Source: Raillietiella orientalis (Eukaryota). Taken from it: DNA of 64,000 nucleotides. A program made the position numbers and the translations under genes. Every line of letters begins with the position of its first letter. Position 1 is the first letter of the stretch. The notes under the pieces were generated by a model. The model did not search any database. It was not told the origin of the DNA and worked only from the letters and a program-made list of their open reading frames with translations. The stretch is from the NCBI GenBank assembly GCA_036172245.1, contig JAYWIR010000030.1:2170001-2234000 (forward strand), read 5' to 3'. This document shows positions 63,301-64,000 of this stretch, one piece after another.

Positions 63301-64000
63301 TGAAAAAACTGAACAGAAAAGAGGCAAGTCTGTTTTCGCTTAAGAATCGCTTCAACCCACATTCGAGAGGACTATAGCTGTGTATTAGACAGGGTTTGCG
63401 GATTGCGGTAAAGATTAGAAGATTGATGAAACAGAAGGTAGGAAGAACAGGAATAGTTAAAAGTAGTCACTTTCGTGTATTGCAAGTTTTTGATTACATC
63501 TCGACAAATTAATGAACAAGCAATGTTTCCACTCTGAGCTTCCTAGAGGATATTGCTTTCTTCTCTTGCGTAAGCGAAACATTGAAAATGCTTTTAAGGT
63601 ATAAAAGATAAAATCAGAGACATTTTTTGTGTGAGGAATGCCAGTAATTCAACTATAATTCGAATAACAAAGCGCCCGAGTGGAGGATTCGGTATCATTA
63701 ACCATAACATGCATAATCTTCAATTAATCATGAATTTTTCTTGAGATTTTTATGTTCGAGGAATGATATACTAGATGTATGCTGAGAAAATTACCCCCTA
63801 CTTCTGAACGGATGGAATTTACTTTTACTGCATGTGCTGACAGGTCTTGTTTACATGTACATAAATGTCAAAAGGAGTAGTCAAAAATCATCTACCAAGT
63901 GCCAGCATCATAAGTGGGTATGAAAGAGATTCTGAGAACCTTGGCCAGTGGTGAAGTTAAAGAAAGGGTGAGTCCATGACGCCGCCAGCAGTTACGTTGA

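Noticed and set aside
1..64000. CRISPR arrays or prokaryotic operons
   Set aside because: The sequence is intron-containing eukaryotic DNA, and the repeats are coding modules with no repeat-spacer structure.

Overview
Eukaryotic (arthropod-like), AT-rich genomic DNA with very short introns, so the ORF track shows exon fragments and its alternative 'starts' are misleading. Positions 124-39868 (+) hold the 3' part of a dumpy-type giant apical matrix gene: dozens of EGF/DPY cysteine-rich exons, then a ZP domain, RRRR furin site, transmembrane helix and short tail. Inside this gene, one two-exon module with its introns (~1.6 kb) is amplified as a near-identical, strongly GC/CpG-rich tandem array (at least 6 copies, 14734-24230, running into an N gap). 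The array starts mid-exon, encodes RGD where several AT-rich paralogs have KGD, fades on the right into an AT-rich homolog of its own intron, and sits at a sharp strand-skew flip. Downstream are a Cu/Zn superoxide dismutase gene (-), a decayed Utopia (NeSL-clade, restriction-like endonuclease) non-LTR retrotransposon abutting the 3' part of its U2 snRNA target, and a GC-rich hairpin island with a tRNA-like head near 60.3-61.0 kb.
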